Shown here: positions 39,620 through 49,242 of the stretch, in pieces
How positions within the stretch are numbered: the first letter of the stretch is position 1
How the letters are laid out: every line of letters starts with the position of its first letter
Source of the DNA: an uncultured Bryobacteraceae bacterium
GTDB lineage: Bacteria; Acidobacteriota; Terriglobia; Bryobacterales; Bryobacteraceae
Direction: 5' to 3'
DNA: 64,000 nt
Assembly: GCA_938003835.1 (NCBI GenBank)
Contig: CALKXJ010000001.1
Span: forward strand, 159,513 to 223,512
Made by a program: the position numbers and the translations under genes
The notes under the pieces: model-generated
The model's input: the letters and a program-made list of their open reading frames with translations, nothing else
What the model was told of the DNA's origin: nothing
Databases searched by the model: none

Positions 39620-41544
39620 AATACTACCTGACCACCCCGATCTATTACGTCAACGCGGCGCCGCACATCGGCCACGCCTACACGACGATCGTCGCCGATC
39701 TCATCAAACGCTTCAAGACGATGCAGGGCTACCGCGCTGTGCTCACCACCGGCAGCGACGAGCACGGCGTCAACGTCGAGCGGGCCGCCGCGCGCGCCGG
39801 AAAGGCCCCGGCCGAATTCGTCGCCGTCATCGCGCGCGAGTTCGAGCAGCAGTGGCGCACCCTCGGCCTGGGCATCGACCGCTTCATGCGCACCTCCGAC
39901 CCGCGCCATCACCGCAAGGTGGCCGAGCTGTTCGAGGCCTGCCGGCGCAACGGCTACGTCTACAAGGGCGAATACCGGGGCCAGTACTGCATCCACGACA
40001 ACCTTTACGTGAGCGAAGCCAAACCGGGCGACCCCTGCCCGGAGTGCGGCCGGCCGACCGAGACCGTCACCGAGGAGAACTACTTCTTCCGGCTTTCGGC
40101 CTTCGAGGACCGGCTGCTCGAACTCTATGAACGCCAGCCGGACTTCATCCTGCCGGAGACGCGCCGCAACGAGGTGATCTCCTTCGTCAGGCAGGGCCTG
40201 AGCGATCTCTCCATCACCCGCACCAACATCAAATGGGGCATCCCGGTGCCCGGCGAGGAACGGCACGTCTTCTACGTCTGGTTCGACGCCCTCACCACCT
40301 ACGTCAGCGCGGTGGACGGCGAGGACCTCTGGCCCGCGGATCTGCACCTGATCGGCAAGGAGATCGTCCGCTTCCACGCCGTCTACTGGCCCGCGTTCCT
40401 GATGGCCGCCGGCTGGCCGCTGCCCAAACGCATCTTTGCCCACGGCTGGCTGCTGTTTCAGGAAGACAAGATGAGCAAGTCGAAGGGCAACATCGTGCGG
40501 GCGACGCCCATCCAGCAGGTGATGGGCATCGATGCGCTGCGCTACTTCCTGCTGCGCGAGATCGTCTTCGGGCAGGACGGCAACTTCAGCTACGACGCCC
40601 TGGTGGGCCGCTACAACGCGGATCTGGCCAACGGGCTCGGCAACCTCACCAGCCGCACGCTCAGCATGATCCAGCAGTATCGCGGTGGCCGCATCCCGGC
40701 GCCCGCCGGGGGCGTGCGGCCGGAGATCGCACAGGCGGCCGAGAACACGATCCGCGCCGCCATCGCCCACTTCGAGAACTTCGAGTTCTCCCGCGCGCTC
40801 GAGGCAATCTGGTCGCTGCTGTCGAGCATCGACCGCTTCATCGTCGAGGAGGCGCCCTGGAAGCTGGCGCGAAGCTCGGAGCCGGGCGCCGCTGAGCGTC
40901 TCGACTCGGCGCTGTACACTGCGGCCGAGGCGCTCCGTGTGGCCGCCATCCTGCTCTGGCCGGTCATTCCGGCCTCGGCCGAGCGGATCTGGGACCAGCT
41001 CGGCATGGAGGGCCCGCTTGAGCAGGTCCGGTTGGGCGAGCTGGCCTGGGGCCAGTTGCCGGCCGGCCAGGCGGTAAAGACGCCCGGGGCCCTTTTCCCG
41101 CGCATCGAACCGCCCCAGGCCATCGAGCGCATGCGGGAGCTCGAGGCGCAGGAAACCGCACGGCAGGCCGCCCTGTTCGCTCCCAAACCCTCCACGGCGG
41201 CCGCGCCGGCGACTGAGCGCATTAGCATCGAGGAGTTTGCCCGCATCGACATGCGCGTGGGCGAAGTCCGCTTTGCCGAGCGCGTCAAGGGCTCCGACAA
41301 GCTGCTGCATCTCAAGGTCGACATCGGCGAGCCCCAGCCGCGCACCATCGTCGCCGGCATTGCCGAAGCCTACGCCCCGGAGAGCCTGATCGGCCGGAAG
41401 GTGGTCATTGTGGCGAACTTGCAGCCCCGCAAGCTCCGCGGCATCGAGTCCAACGGGATGATCGTCGCGGCGACCCCCGAAGGCGGCAAGCCGGTCCTGG
41501 TGGGATTCCTCGAGGACGTCCCGGCCGGCGCGCGCCTGTCATGA
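39616..41544 (+). CDS. metG: Methionine--tRNA ligase with C-terminal tRNA-binding domain
   Basis: HIGH region PHIGHAYT, KMSKS motif DKMSKSKGN, C-terminal EMAP/Trbp111-like IVAGIAEAY...VVIVANLQPRKLRG. Confidence 0.95.
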   Translation: MKYYLTTPIYYVNAAPHIGHAYTTIVADLIKRFKTMQGYRAVLTTGSDEHGVNVERAAARAGKAPAEFVAVIAREFEQQWRTLGLGIDRFMRTSDPRHHRKVAELFEACRRNGYVYKGEYRGQYCIHDNLYVSEAKPGDPCPECGRPTETVTEENYFFRLSAFEDRLLELYERQPDFILPETRRNEVISFVRQGLSDLSITRTNIKWGIPVPGEERHVFYVWFDALTTYVSAVDGEDLWPADLHLIGKEIVRFHAVYWPAFLMAAGWPLPKRIFAHGWLLFQEDKMSKSKGNIVRATPIQQVMGIDALRYFLLREIVFGQDGNFSYDALVGRYNADLANGLGNLTSRTLSMIQQYRGGRIPAPAGGVRPEIAQAAENTIRAAIAHFENFEFSRALEAIWSLLSSIDRFIVEEAPWKLARSSEPGAAERLDSALYTAAEALRVAAILLWPVIPASAERIWDQLGMEGPLEQVRLGELAWGQLPAGQAVKTPGALFPRIEPPQAIERMRELEAQETARQAALFAPKPSTAAAPATERISIEEFARIDMRVGEVRFAERVKGSDKLLHLKVDIGEPQPRTIVAGIAEAYAPESLIGRKVVIVANLQPRKLRGIESNGMIVAATPEGGKPVLVGFLEDVPAGARLS

Positions 41545-42335
41545 ACCTGACGGACTCGCACTGCCACCTCGATGACCGGCAGTTCGACCAGGACCGCGAG
41601 CGGGTCATCGAGCGGGCGCTCCAGGCCGGCGTCCGGCGCATCCTGGCCATCGGCACGGGCGACGGCCCGCCGGATCTGGAGGCGGCGATCCGGCTGGCCG
41701 AACGCTACCCGCCGGTTCTGGCCAGCGTCGGCATCCATCCGCATGACGCCGCCAAGGCCGCGCCCGCCGACTTTGACCACCTGCGCGCGCTCGTCCGGCA
41801 TCCAAAAGTTGTGGCGGTGGGAGAGATCGGCCTCGATTATCACTACGACTTTTCGCCCCGGGAGCGCCAGCGGGAGGTCTTCCTCGAGCAGTTGCGCCTG
41901 GCGGCGGAGTCTGGCAAGCCGGTGATCATCCACACCCGCGAGGCCTGGGAGGACACCATGGCGATGCTCGAGCTGCATGCCCGGTCCGCGGGTCTCCACG
42001 GCGTCATGCACTGCTTTTCGGGGGGACCCGAGGAGGCGCGACGGGCTCTCGATCTCGGCTTTTTCTTGAGCTTCGCCGGCATGGTCACCTTCCCCAAGGC
42101 GGTGCGAGTCCGCGAGGCCGCGCGATTGGCTCCGCTCGAGAGGCTCCTCGTCGAAACCGATGCGCCGTACCTGGCGCCGGTGCCGCACCGGGGCAAGCGG
42201 AACGAGCCCGCCTGGGTGGTGGAAACCGCCCGCCGGCTGGCGGAACTTCGCGGCGAGCCGCTCGAGGGGCTGGCGGCGGAAACTTCGAAAAACTTCGAGC
42301 GGCTGTGTTTGCCTGGCGGCGATGGCTGTCAGTAA
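41541..42335 (+). CDS. tatD: TatD-family metal-dependent hydrolase
   Basis: LTDSHCHLDD, GEIGLDYHY, IIHTREA, ETDAPYL. ATGA overlap with metG. Confidence 0.9.
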   Translation: MNLTDSHCHLDDRQFDQDRERVIERALQAGVRRILAIGTGDGPPDLEAAIRLAERYPPVLASVGIHPHDAAKAAPADFDHLRALVRHPKVVAVGEIGLDYHYDFSPRERQREVFLEQLRLAAESGKPVIIHTREAWEDTMAMLELHARSAGLHGVMHCFSGGPEEARRALDLGFFLSFAGMVTFPKAVRVREAARLAPLERLLVETDAPYLAPVPHRGKRNEPAWVVETARRLAELRGEPLEGLAAETSKNFERLCLPGGDGCQ

Positions 42336-42350
42336 ACTGAAACCATTCTC

Positions 42351-43352
42351 ATGGGACGCGACCAGCTTCGGCAGTCGATGACGGCGCGGGAAATTTTCGA
42401 GCTTGTCCACGAGGATCTCGAGCTGGTGGAGCGCGAGATCGCCCGGGAGTCGACTGCCTCGGTCGCCACGGTCACCGATATCGGCCGTTACCTGCAATCG
42501 AGTGGCGGCAAGCGCCTGCGTCCGATGCTCGTGCTGTTGGCGGCGCGGCTGGTGGGAAGGGCCGACGAGCTGGCGCTGCGGCTGGCCACCGTGGTCGAGA
42601 TGATCCACACGGCCACGCTCGTCCACGACGACGTCATCGACGTCGCCGAGACGCGCCGGGGCAAGCCCTCCACCAACATCATCTGGGGTAACCACACCTG
42701 CGTGCTGGCCGGAGACTGGCTCTACATGCAGGCCTTCCAGGTGGCGCTCAGGCTGCGCAACTTCCAGTTCCTGGACATCCTGATCGCGCTCACCCAATTG
42801 ATGGTCGAGGGCGAACTGATTCAGCTGGAGCGCCTGGGCCGCATCGACATCACGCAAGCCGAATACGAGGAGCTCATCGACCGCAAGACGGCGAGCCTGT
42901 TTTCAGCCTGCGCCCGCCTCGGCGCGCTCGCCGGCGGCGGCGACGAAGCCACGGAATCGCGCCTGGCCGAGTTCGGCTGGCACCTGGGCATGGCCTTCCA
43001 GCTTGTCGACGACGTGCTCGATTTCACCTCGCGCGAGGCGGTTCTGGGCAAGCCGGTCGGCAACGACCTGAGGGAAGGCAAGGTGACCCTGCCACTGATC
43101 TACGCGCTCGAGGCGGCCGCCCCGGAAGAGCGCCGGATGGTCGAGACGGTGCTACGCGACAACAGTTACGAACGGGTGCCGTTCTCCCGGATCCTGGACT
43201 TTGTCGAGCGGCGCAATGGCATTGAGCGGGCGCTGGCTCGCGCTCAGATCTTCACCGAGCAGGCGCGCTCGATCATCGGCAGCTTTCCAGCCTCGCCCGC
43301 GCAACGCGCCCTGGCCGCCGTCGTCGAGCTGGTGATCGATCGCGATCACTGA
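42351..43352 (+). CDS. Long-chain polyprenyl diphosphate synthase (IspB-like)
   Basis: Two DDxxD motifs (LVHDDVIDV and FQLVDDVLD). Confidence 0.88.
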   Translation: MGRDQLRQSMTAREIFELVHEDLELVEREIARESTASVATVTDIGRYLQSSGGKRLRPMLVLLAARLVGRADELALRLATVVEMIHTATLVHDDVIDVAETRRGKPSTNIIWGNHTCVLAGDWLYMQAFQVALRLRNFQFLDILIALTQLMVEGELIQLERLGRIDITQAEYEELIDRKTASLFSACARLGALAGGGDEATESRLAEFGWHLGMAFQLVDDVLDFTSREAVLGKPVGNDLREGKVTLPLIYALEAAAPEERRMVETVLRDNSYERVPFSRILDFVERRNGIERALARAQIFTEQARSIIGSFPASPAQRALAAVVELVIDRDH

Positions 43353-43367
43353 GCCGGCTCTGCCGGC
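43353..43367 (+). terminator. Short GC hairpin just after the polyprenyl synthase stop
   Basis: GCCGGC-tct-GCCGGC. 6-bp stem, no U-tract. Confidence 0.25.
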
Positions 43368-43390
43368 CCCAACCCGGCCGTTGCGGAGTC

Positions 43391-43419
43391 TTGACAAGAA
43401 AACACCGCGGAATTAATTT
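43391..43419 (+). promoter_or_regulatory. Sigma-70-like promoter
   Basis: TTGACA (43391-43396), exactly 17 nt of spacer, then TAATTT (43414-43419). The next ATG (43428) is only 8 nt past the -10 box. Confidence 0.45.
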
Positions 43420-43427
43420 TCCCGCGT

Positions 43428-43952
43428 ATGCAGCGGCGGGTGGTGGCGTCGCTGGCTCTGTTTCTCTCCTGGGTGGGACCTCCCGCAGGCGGTGCCCTGC
43501 GGATCCTGTTGCCCGAACGGCAGGGCGCGCAGATTTCTCAGGCATTGGCGCTGGCCGGCGAAACAGCCGCTCCGGAGATTCGGCCCGCTCTGGCGAGCAG
43601 GCTCGTCCGGGTCGTTATCGTCGCCGAATGGCTCGAGCCCGCCGACCACCCGGAGCTTTCCGCCTGGTTGCGCAAGGAGCTGGCCGCAACGGGCAAGGCC
43701 GCCGGAATCCAGCTTTCCGTCCTGCGAGACGGGCAGATCTTTCCGGTTGCGGAAATTCGCAGCTTCGCCCGGCTCGAGAGGAATTTGCGCGAGCTGCTGG
43801 AGGGGCAGCCGCAGGAGGCAAGCGAGGCCGGGGATCCGCTCCGCACCTATGATCTGCTGGCCACGTCGATTCCGGCCGCTCGGGAAACATGGTCGCGGCT
43901 GGTTTGGGTTGGCAGGGCGCCCGCACTCCCGGAGGGCGTCTTGCGGGATTAG
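43428..43952 (+). CDS. Signal-peptide ORF; possibly the N-terminal fragment of a disrupted giant gene
   Basis: MQRRVVASLALFLSWVGPPAGGA leader. Ends at TAG 43950-43952, but the frame continues protein-like. Confidence 0.5.
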   Translation: MQRRVVASLALFLSWVGPPAGGALRILLPERQGAQISQALALAGETAAPEIRPALASRLVRVVIVAEWLEPADHPELSAWLRKELAATGKAAGIQLSVLRDGQIFPVAEIRSFARLERNLRELLEGQPQEASEAGDPLRTYDLLATSIPAARETWSRLVWVGRAPALPEGVLRD

Positions 43953-44539
43953 GTTCACGCCAGGATCTTTCAGTTGTTGGGAGAGGGGCGGGCGTGGCTC
44001 GAATTGTGGCCTCCGCAACAGGAAACCTGGCTTCCGGCGTTTGGCCCCTTCCCGGCCGCGCCCCGGGCGCGCGGGGTTCGAGATCCGGCGCATTTCGGTC
44101 AGCGGCAGGGGGGCTCTGGTATCCGGCGGTCGCTCCCGATCTGTCCTTGCCTGCGTTTCCGGCTTTCGGCCGCCTGGTCGATGCGGAAACCACCGCCAGC
44201 GCTGAGGCGGCAGGAGCGGCCGAGCTGGGCCGGCTCAGCCGGGCGCTTTCCGCATTGCCGGTATGGGACCGCGCGCTGTTCACCGGCGCCGGGCTTGCCG
44301 AACGCATCCAGGATTACTCTGCCGCTGTAGGCTTCCTCGAGCGGCTGATCGAGATCCACCCGGCGGAACCGCAGCTCTGGCGCCGCTACGCCGTGGCGGT
44401 CTCGGAATCGGCCCCGCCGGCCTCAGCCGAGCCTGTTCTGCGCCGCGCCGTCGAGATCCTGCCGAAAGATGCGGGGCTTTGGGAGCGTCAGGCGCTCGGC
44501 GAGGGACTGCGACGGCAGAGGGATCCCCTGCCGCGCTGA
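43953..44539 (+). pseudogene. Fragment of helical-repeat protein; frame change near the G6 run at 44108-44113
   Basis: Frame 0 reads RIFQLLGEGRAWLELWPPQQETWLPAFGPF. After the G-run, frame 2 reads GGLWYPAVAPDLSLPAFPAFGRLVDAE...FLERLIEIHPAEPQLWRRYAVAV. Ends at TGA 44537-44539. Confidence 0.4.
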
Positions 44540-44617
44540 ATTCGCTACATCGAACTGCTGATCGCCTCGGGTGAGACTGAGGAGGCTCGGGAGGCCCTGC
44601 TCGAGAGCGACGCCCTG

Positions 44618-44986
44618 GTGCCGAAAGAGGCTGCGCCCTTGACGCGGTACGCCCAGTTTTGGGAGGTGGTGGGTGAAGCTCCCCGCGCGCTCGAGTTTTG
44701 GCGACGGGCGATTCGCGTTGATCCGGACCTCGAAGCAGGCTACCTGGGCGTCGCCCGCCTGGAAGCGGCGGCAGGCAACTGGAAACCAAGCCTTGAAGCC
44801 GCCACGCAAGGACTCGAGCGGGCGCCGCGTTCGGTGGGTTTGCATCTGGCGCGCGCGGAGGCGCTGCTGGCCCTGAACCTTCACCAGGAAGCTCGCGCGG
44901 CCATCCGGGCCGCCGCTGGGGAAATTCCGGATCCGGCTCTGCTGCGCCTTGAGGCGCGCATCGAAGATCTCTTCGGAGGAGATTAA
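44618..44986 (+). CDS. TPR-like repeat ORF (fragment?)
   Basis: Same frame as the previous and next ORFs. RALEFWRRAIRVDPDLEAGYLGVARLEAAAGNW. GTG start without an SD. Confidence 0.45.
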   Translation: MPKEAAPLTRYAQFWEVVGEAPRALEFWRRAIRVDPDLEAGYLGVARLEAAAGNWKPSLEAATQGLERAPRSVGLHLARAEALLALNLHQEARAAIRAAAGEIPDPALLRLEARIEDLFGGD

Positions 44987-45124
44987 GCGGGGAGGGCCTG
45001 GAGCCGTTATCTCGAGGCTCTCGCAAAAAAGGGCGAGTCGAAAGAGCTCGAAGAGGCGCGCCGGCAGGCGATCTTTTCGGCTCTCCGGGATGGGAGGAGC
45101 GACACCGCAGCCGAACTTCTGGGC

Positions 45125-45748
45125 TTGCCGGAGCAGGAGAACCCTTCGTTTGCCACCGACCAGGAAAACACCGTGGTCATTCCCGGCGGCGTCTCGCTGC
45201 TGCGGAACTTGAGCGGCGTGCCCAGGCACGGCGAGCCGGGGCAATATCTGATCTTCTTTGCCCGGGCGGCGGTCGAGCTGGCTGAGACGCAGGGTTCGAA
45301 GGAATGGGCCCGGCGCGTGGAGGTGCTGCTCGAGCACTACGAGCGACTGAACGAACTCCGGCGGCTTGGCCGGCCTGAGGTCGGTGCGACCGTCGTGACG
45401 ATTCAACTGGGCTCGCGGCAGGACGACCGCCGCAGCCGCAGGGCCCTCGAGCTGCTCGGTTACCGGCTCAGGAGGTCTGGAGGCACGGCGCAGGTGGAGA
45501 TGCCGGCCCGCGGGGAGTTGTCGCGGCGGCAGTCCCTGGCGGCGGCACTGGAGCTCGACGAGGAAGGGATGGCGGAGGCCGTCCGCGAAAACCGCACGTT
45601 CACGATTGCCATCCGTGACGATCGCGCACGGGTCGTTCTGGGGGCGAAGGCCTGGAGCGAGCTTCTGGCGGATCGCGAAAACGCTCTGGGATTCGCCGGC
45701 TCGCCGACGATTATGCGGATCTTCTCTACTTTTACGGACCCGCACTGA
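45125..45748 (+). CDS. Hypothetical ORF (fragment?)
   Basis: Same frame as 43889-44539 and 44618-44986. TTG start without an SD. Confidence 0.45.
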   Translation: MPEQENPSFATDQENTVVIPGGVSLLRNLSGVPRHGEPGQYLIFFARAAVELAETQGSKEWARRVEVLLEHYERLNELRRLGRPEVGATVVTIQLGSRQDDRRSRRALELLGYRLRRSGGTAQVEMPARGELSRRQSLAAALELDEEGMAEAVRENRTFTIAIRDDRARVVLGAKAWSELLADRENALGFAGSPTIMRIFSTFTDPH

Positions 45749-45822
45749 CGATCGATGAGGACGGCCGTTGCGCGACTCCCGGCGGCGAGGCCGCCGAGGC
45801 GATCTGGCAAGCGCTTGCCGGG

Positions 45823-48072
45823 GTGAGCCCGCGGCAGGGCACCCGGTTCGTCGAAACGTTGCTCCGCAAGCGGGACGGTGCCTTGCTCGCCTTCTTTTCT
45901 GAACTGCACGCCACGACGCCCGAACGCCAGGCGTGGTTTCTCCGCACTGCGGAGCGCGCCAGGCGGTTTTATGAGCTCGCGAGAACCTCCTCGGGTTGGG
46001 GATCCGACGTGGACCGCCGCCGCGTGAAGAATCCGCTGGCCGAGCTGATTCGAGACCTCCCGCTCGACTCCGAGGGTCGAGTTCGGTTCCCCGGCGGGCC
46101 GGAGGTCTGGCAGGTCACTCGAGGCGCGAGCGACCTTTCGCGGGTCGCGCGGCTGGCCAAGCGCGCCGCGCGCGCCAAGCCGGCCGAGGAGGAGGCGATC
46201 ATCGAGCGGCCGGCCCGCGAGCGGTACGACGCGGGAGGCGGCCGTTCACAGCTCGAGAACTTTCTGGCCGTGGCCCACATCGAGCGCGCCTTTGGAAGGG
46301 ATCTCACCCCGCGGGAAGCGCTGATCCTGGCCGAGCAGTTTCCCCGCTGGCCATGGGCGGTGCCCTTCCTGACGGCCTTGCCGGGGCTGGGCGAAACCGA
46401 GTTGCTCGCCTTTTTCTCCTGGCTCCGTCTCATCCCGGGGAACACCCTCGAGGCGAACCTCGCGCTCGGCTTGTGGGAAAATGTCGTGCTCCTCGAGGGT
46501 CTGCTGTGCCGGGCCGGCCGGCTGCCGGAGGCCGCATCCGCCGCCATTCTCCGCCAGCTCTCGGACGAGTTCCGACTTGCGGGCGACCGCGCGGCTCGAG
46601 CGGCTGCGGCCATCAAAGCGGTACGCGCTTTGGCGGGCGAGCTCAAGGCCGCTCCGGGCAAGTTTCAGGAGGCCGTCGAGGACGCGCTATTGGGCCCCGC
46701 GGAGTCGCTGCTGGGCCGCCGGCGTCGCGAAGACCTTCATGAAGTCCTGCGCCTTCAGAAGCTGCCGCCGATCGACTCGATCCTGGATCTGTATGCGGCC
46801 GCGGAGGCTGCCCGGGATCCTGCCCAGGCCAGGCAAAGCGCGGAACGGATCGGAAAGTCGGTCCCTTCGCTCCAGGAGCTCGAACCGGCACGAGAGATCG
46901 ATTCGGCGGACGACAAGATGCGCGACTACCTCCGCCTGCGTCGCACCGAGGAGCTGGTGCGGGGCGCGCGGGAGTTGGAGCGCCGGGCTTGCCGCCGCCG
47001 CCAGAATCCCGCCGATTTCGAGCGCATCAGCCGCAATCTGTGCGGCGCGCTGGCGCCGTGGCTCGAACTCGGTTTGCGCGGCCTAGTGCTCGGCTTGTAC
47101 TTCCGCCCGTCAGACCTCCTCATCCGCGAGGACCCGCTTTTCCTCCGGAAGTACTGCTACCGCGACTTCACGGAATTCATCAAGCAAACGTTTCCTCTGC
47201 CGGACGTCTCTTTCGATCAAAAGGGCGTCGGGGCGATCCCCCAGGGATCGCTCGCCGGATTGTGGATGCTGGCCGGCCGCGTCGCCGCGTTGAGCGATCC
47301 GAGCGCCAACGCCGCGGCCCGCCATATCGAAGGTCTCCAGTTGGGCGCGATCCGGAACGCCTTCCTCCAGCGGCTCACCGGCACGGATCTGCGGCTGGTC
47401 CGGTTAAGTGTGCTCGCGGGACGGGAATGGGTAGCTGAGGCGGCCTTCTCCATCGAAGAGACCTCAGCTTTGGCCCGTGCCTGGGAAGGGTTGCTGTCTG
47501 CGGAGCGGCGTGCCGTCCTCGAAGAAACCCTGTCCCGGCTCCGCGCGGCTCACGCCTCGGCCGCAACCGCACCGCTCAGCCGCGGCGCTTACGCAGGGTT
47601 GTGGAAGACGGTCTGGGACAGTCTTTCGATGTCCGATCTTTACTGGTGCGGGCGCCTTCGCCGGCAAGGCACCACCCGGTCGGCGGCATGGCCGCATCTG
47701 GGCCGGCTCGCCTCAGCCGTCGGAGGCCAAGCGATCGATGAACTCGGCCTCGTCCCGTTCGTTCACTCCTACAGCTTCGTGCCGCGGCTTTTCCCCTTGC
47801 CGCCATACGAAGCCTATGTGCGCTACCTGCGGCTGGAATATTTGGGCGAGCGCCTCACGGAGTTTCTCGTCTCGCTCGCTTCAGCGGTGGATGAGGCGGG
47901 GTTGCCGGCCGAGTGCGTGGGGCTTCTTGCCGAGCCGGTCTTGCGCCGTCTGCTGAAACGGCTGGAGATGGCCGATCCCTGGGATTACTCGGCTGTTGTC
48001 ACGGCCTGGAAGGCGCTTGCCGCCGGCGACGTCGCAAAGGCCTGGACCGAATATGTGAACCGGACGCCATGA
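45823..48072 (+). CDS. Large hypothetical protein (its frame is open upstream to 45619)
   Basis: 749-aa ORF with good coding character. The stop overlaps the VWA gene start (ATGA at 48069-48072). Confidence 0.7.
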   Translation: MSPRQGTRFVETLLRKRDGALLAFFSELHATTPERQAWFLRTAERARRFYELARTSSGWGSDVDRRRVKNPLAELIRDLPLDSEGRVRFPGGPEVWQVTRGASDLSRVARLAKRAARAKPAEEEAIIERPARERYDAGGGRSQLENFLAVAHIERAFGRDLTPREALILAEQFPRWPWAVPFLTALPGLGETELLAFFSWLRLIPGNTLEANLALGLWENVVLLEGLLCRAGRLPEAASAAILRQLSDEFRLAGDRAARAAAAIKAVRALAGELKAAPGKFQEAVEDALLGPAESLLGRRRREDLHEVLRLQKLPPIDSILDLYAAAEAARDPAQARQSAERIGKSVPSLQELEPAREIDSADDKMRDYLRLRRTEELVRGARELERRACRRRQNPADFERISRNLCGALAPWLELGLRGLVLGLYFRPSDLLIREDPLFLRKYCYRDFTEFIKQTFPLPDVSFDQKGVGAIPQGSLAGLWMLAGRVAALSDPSANAAARHIEGLQLGAIRNAFLQRLTGTDLRLVRLSVLAGREWVAEAAFSIEETSALARAWEGLLSAERRAVLEETLSRLRAAHASAATAPLSRGAYAGLWKTVWDSLSMSDLYWCGRLRRQGTTRSAAWPHLGRLASAVGGQAIDELGLVPFVHSYSFVPRLFPLPPYEAYVRYLRLEYLGERLTEFLVSLASAVDEAGLPAECVGLLAEPVLRRLLKRLEMADPWDYSAVVTAWKALAAGDVAKAWTEYVNRTP

Positions 48073-48941
48073 ACTCGACCCGCCGCCGTTTCCTCGGCCT
48101 CCTCTTCCCGGTTTTCCCCGTCACGGCTACCCAGGACGAGCCCGTCGTCTTTCGGGCCGAGGTCCGGCTTGTCGAGATTCACGTTGCCGTCCTCGATCGC
48201 AGCGGGCGAGCGGTCCGGGGATTGACGAAGAGCGATTTCGAGTTCTTCGACGAGGGAGAGCGCCGCCAGCCGGAAATCTTCGAGTCCGAGCAGAGCCCGT
48301 TCTCGGTTGCCTTGCTTTTGGACGTCAGCGGTTCGATGGAGTCGGATCTGCCGCTCATCAAGCGGGCCGCCTTGACGATGATTCAACAGTTGCGGCCCGA
48401 GGACCGGGTGGCCGTCTTCTGCTTCAGCGACAGGACGCTGGCTCTGGCCGAGTTCACCTCCGAGCAGAAAGCTCTCAGCGCCGCCATCCGCCGGCTCCGC
48501 GCGGAGGGCACGACGGCGCTCTTCGATGCGCTGGTCCGCGTGGCCCCGGCGTTGACCGCGAGGCCGGGAAAGAAGGCTCTGGTCGTCTTCACCGACGGTG
48601 ACGACAATGCGAGCGCCCTGACACTCGAGCATGCCGTCGAGAGGTTTCGCCGGGAGTCCGTGCCCGTCTATGCCATCGCCTATGGGAACGCCTTGAAATC
48701 GAGCAAGCTTCAGAATACCCTGGAGCAGGTGGCGCGGCCCACGGGAGGTGAACGGCTCCAGCTCCGGAGACCGCAAAACGCCATTGAGGCATTCGAGCGC
48801 GTTTCAAGAGACCTGACGGCGTCCTACCTGCTGACCTTTCGACCGCCCTCAGGCAAGGGCGAGTGGCGCCGGTTGCGGGTGTCCGTGCCGGGGCGCCGCG
48901 AGGCGCGGGTGCGGCACCGCGAAGGCTATTTTGCTCGTTGA
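48069..48941 (+). CDS. Secreted VWA-domain protein (acidobacterial TIGR03436-like)
   Basis: Tat-like leader MNSTRRRFLGLLFPVF. FRAEVRLVEIHVAVLD N-domain and MIDAS motif LLLDVSGSM. Confidence 0.85.
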   Translation: MNSTRRRFLGLLFPVFPVTATQDEPVVFRAEVRLVEIHVAVLDRSGRAVRGLTKSDFEFFDEGERRQPEIFESEQSPFSVALLLDVSGSMESDLPLIKRAALTMIQQLRPEDRVAVFCFSDRTLALAEFTSEQKALSAAIRRLRAEGTTALFDALVRVAPALTARPGKKALVVFTDGDDNASALTLEHAVERFRRESVPVYAIAYGNALKSSKLQNTLEQVARPTGGERLQLRRPQNAIEAFERVSRDLTASYLLTFRPPSGKGEWRRLRVSVPGRREARVRHREGYFAR

Positions 48942-48969
48942 CTGCCCCACAAGTTGACGGGGGCTTCTC

Positions 48970-49242
48970 ATGTCATACATAATGTCAGACATGAGAAAGG
49001 CCTCGGTGTCGGTGCGGGAGCTTCAGCAGAATCTCAGACGTGTTCTCGCTCGTGTGGAGCGGGGCGAGGTCGTCGAGGTCACACGGCGACGGCGGCCCGT
49101 TGCCCGGCTGATGCCCCTCGAAACTCCCGTACCCGCCTCCGGGTGGCCGGATCTCGAGGCCCGGACACGCTCCCTCTTCGGCGACCGCCTTATCGTTCCC
49201 GGGGGCTCTGACGTCGTGAAGGAAGACCGGGACGAGCGGTGA
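48970..49242 (+). CDS. Phd/YefM-type (VapB-like) antitoxin
   Basis: SVSVRELQQNLRRVLARVERGEVVEVTRRRRPVARLMP. Possible alternative starts at 48982 and 48991. Confidence 0.75.
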   Translation: MSYIMSDMRKASVSVRELQQNLRRVLARVERGEVVEVTRRRRPVARLMPLETPVPASGWPDLEARTRSLFGDRLIVPGGSDVVKEDRDER

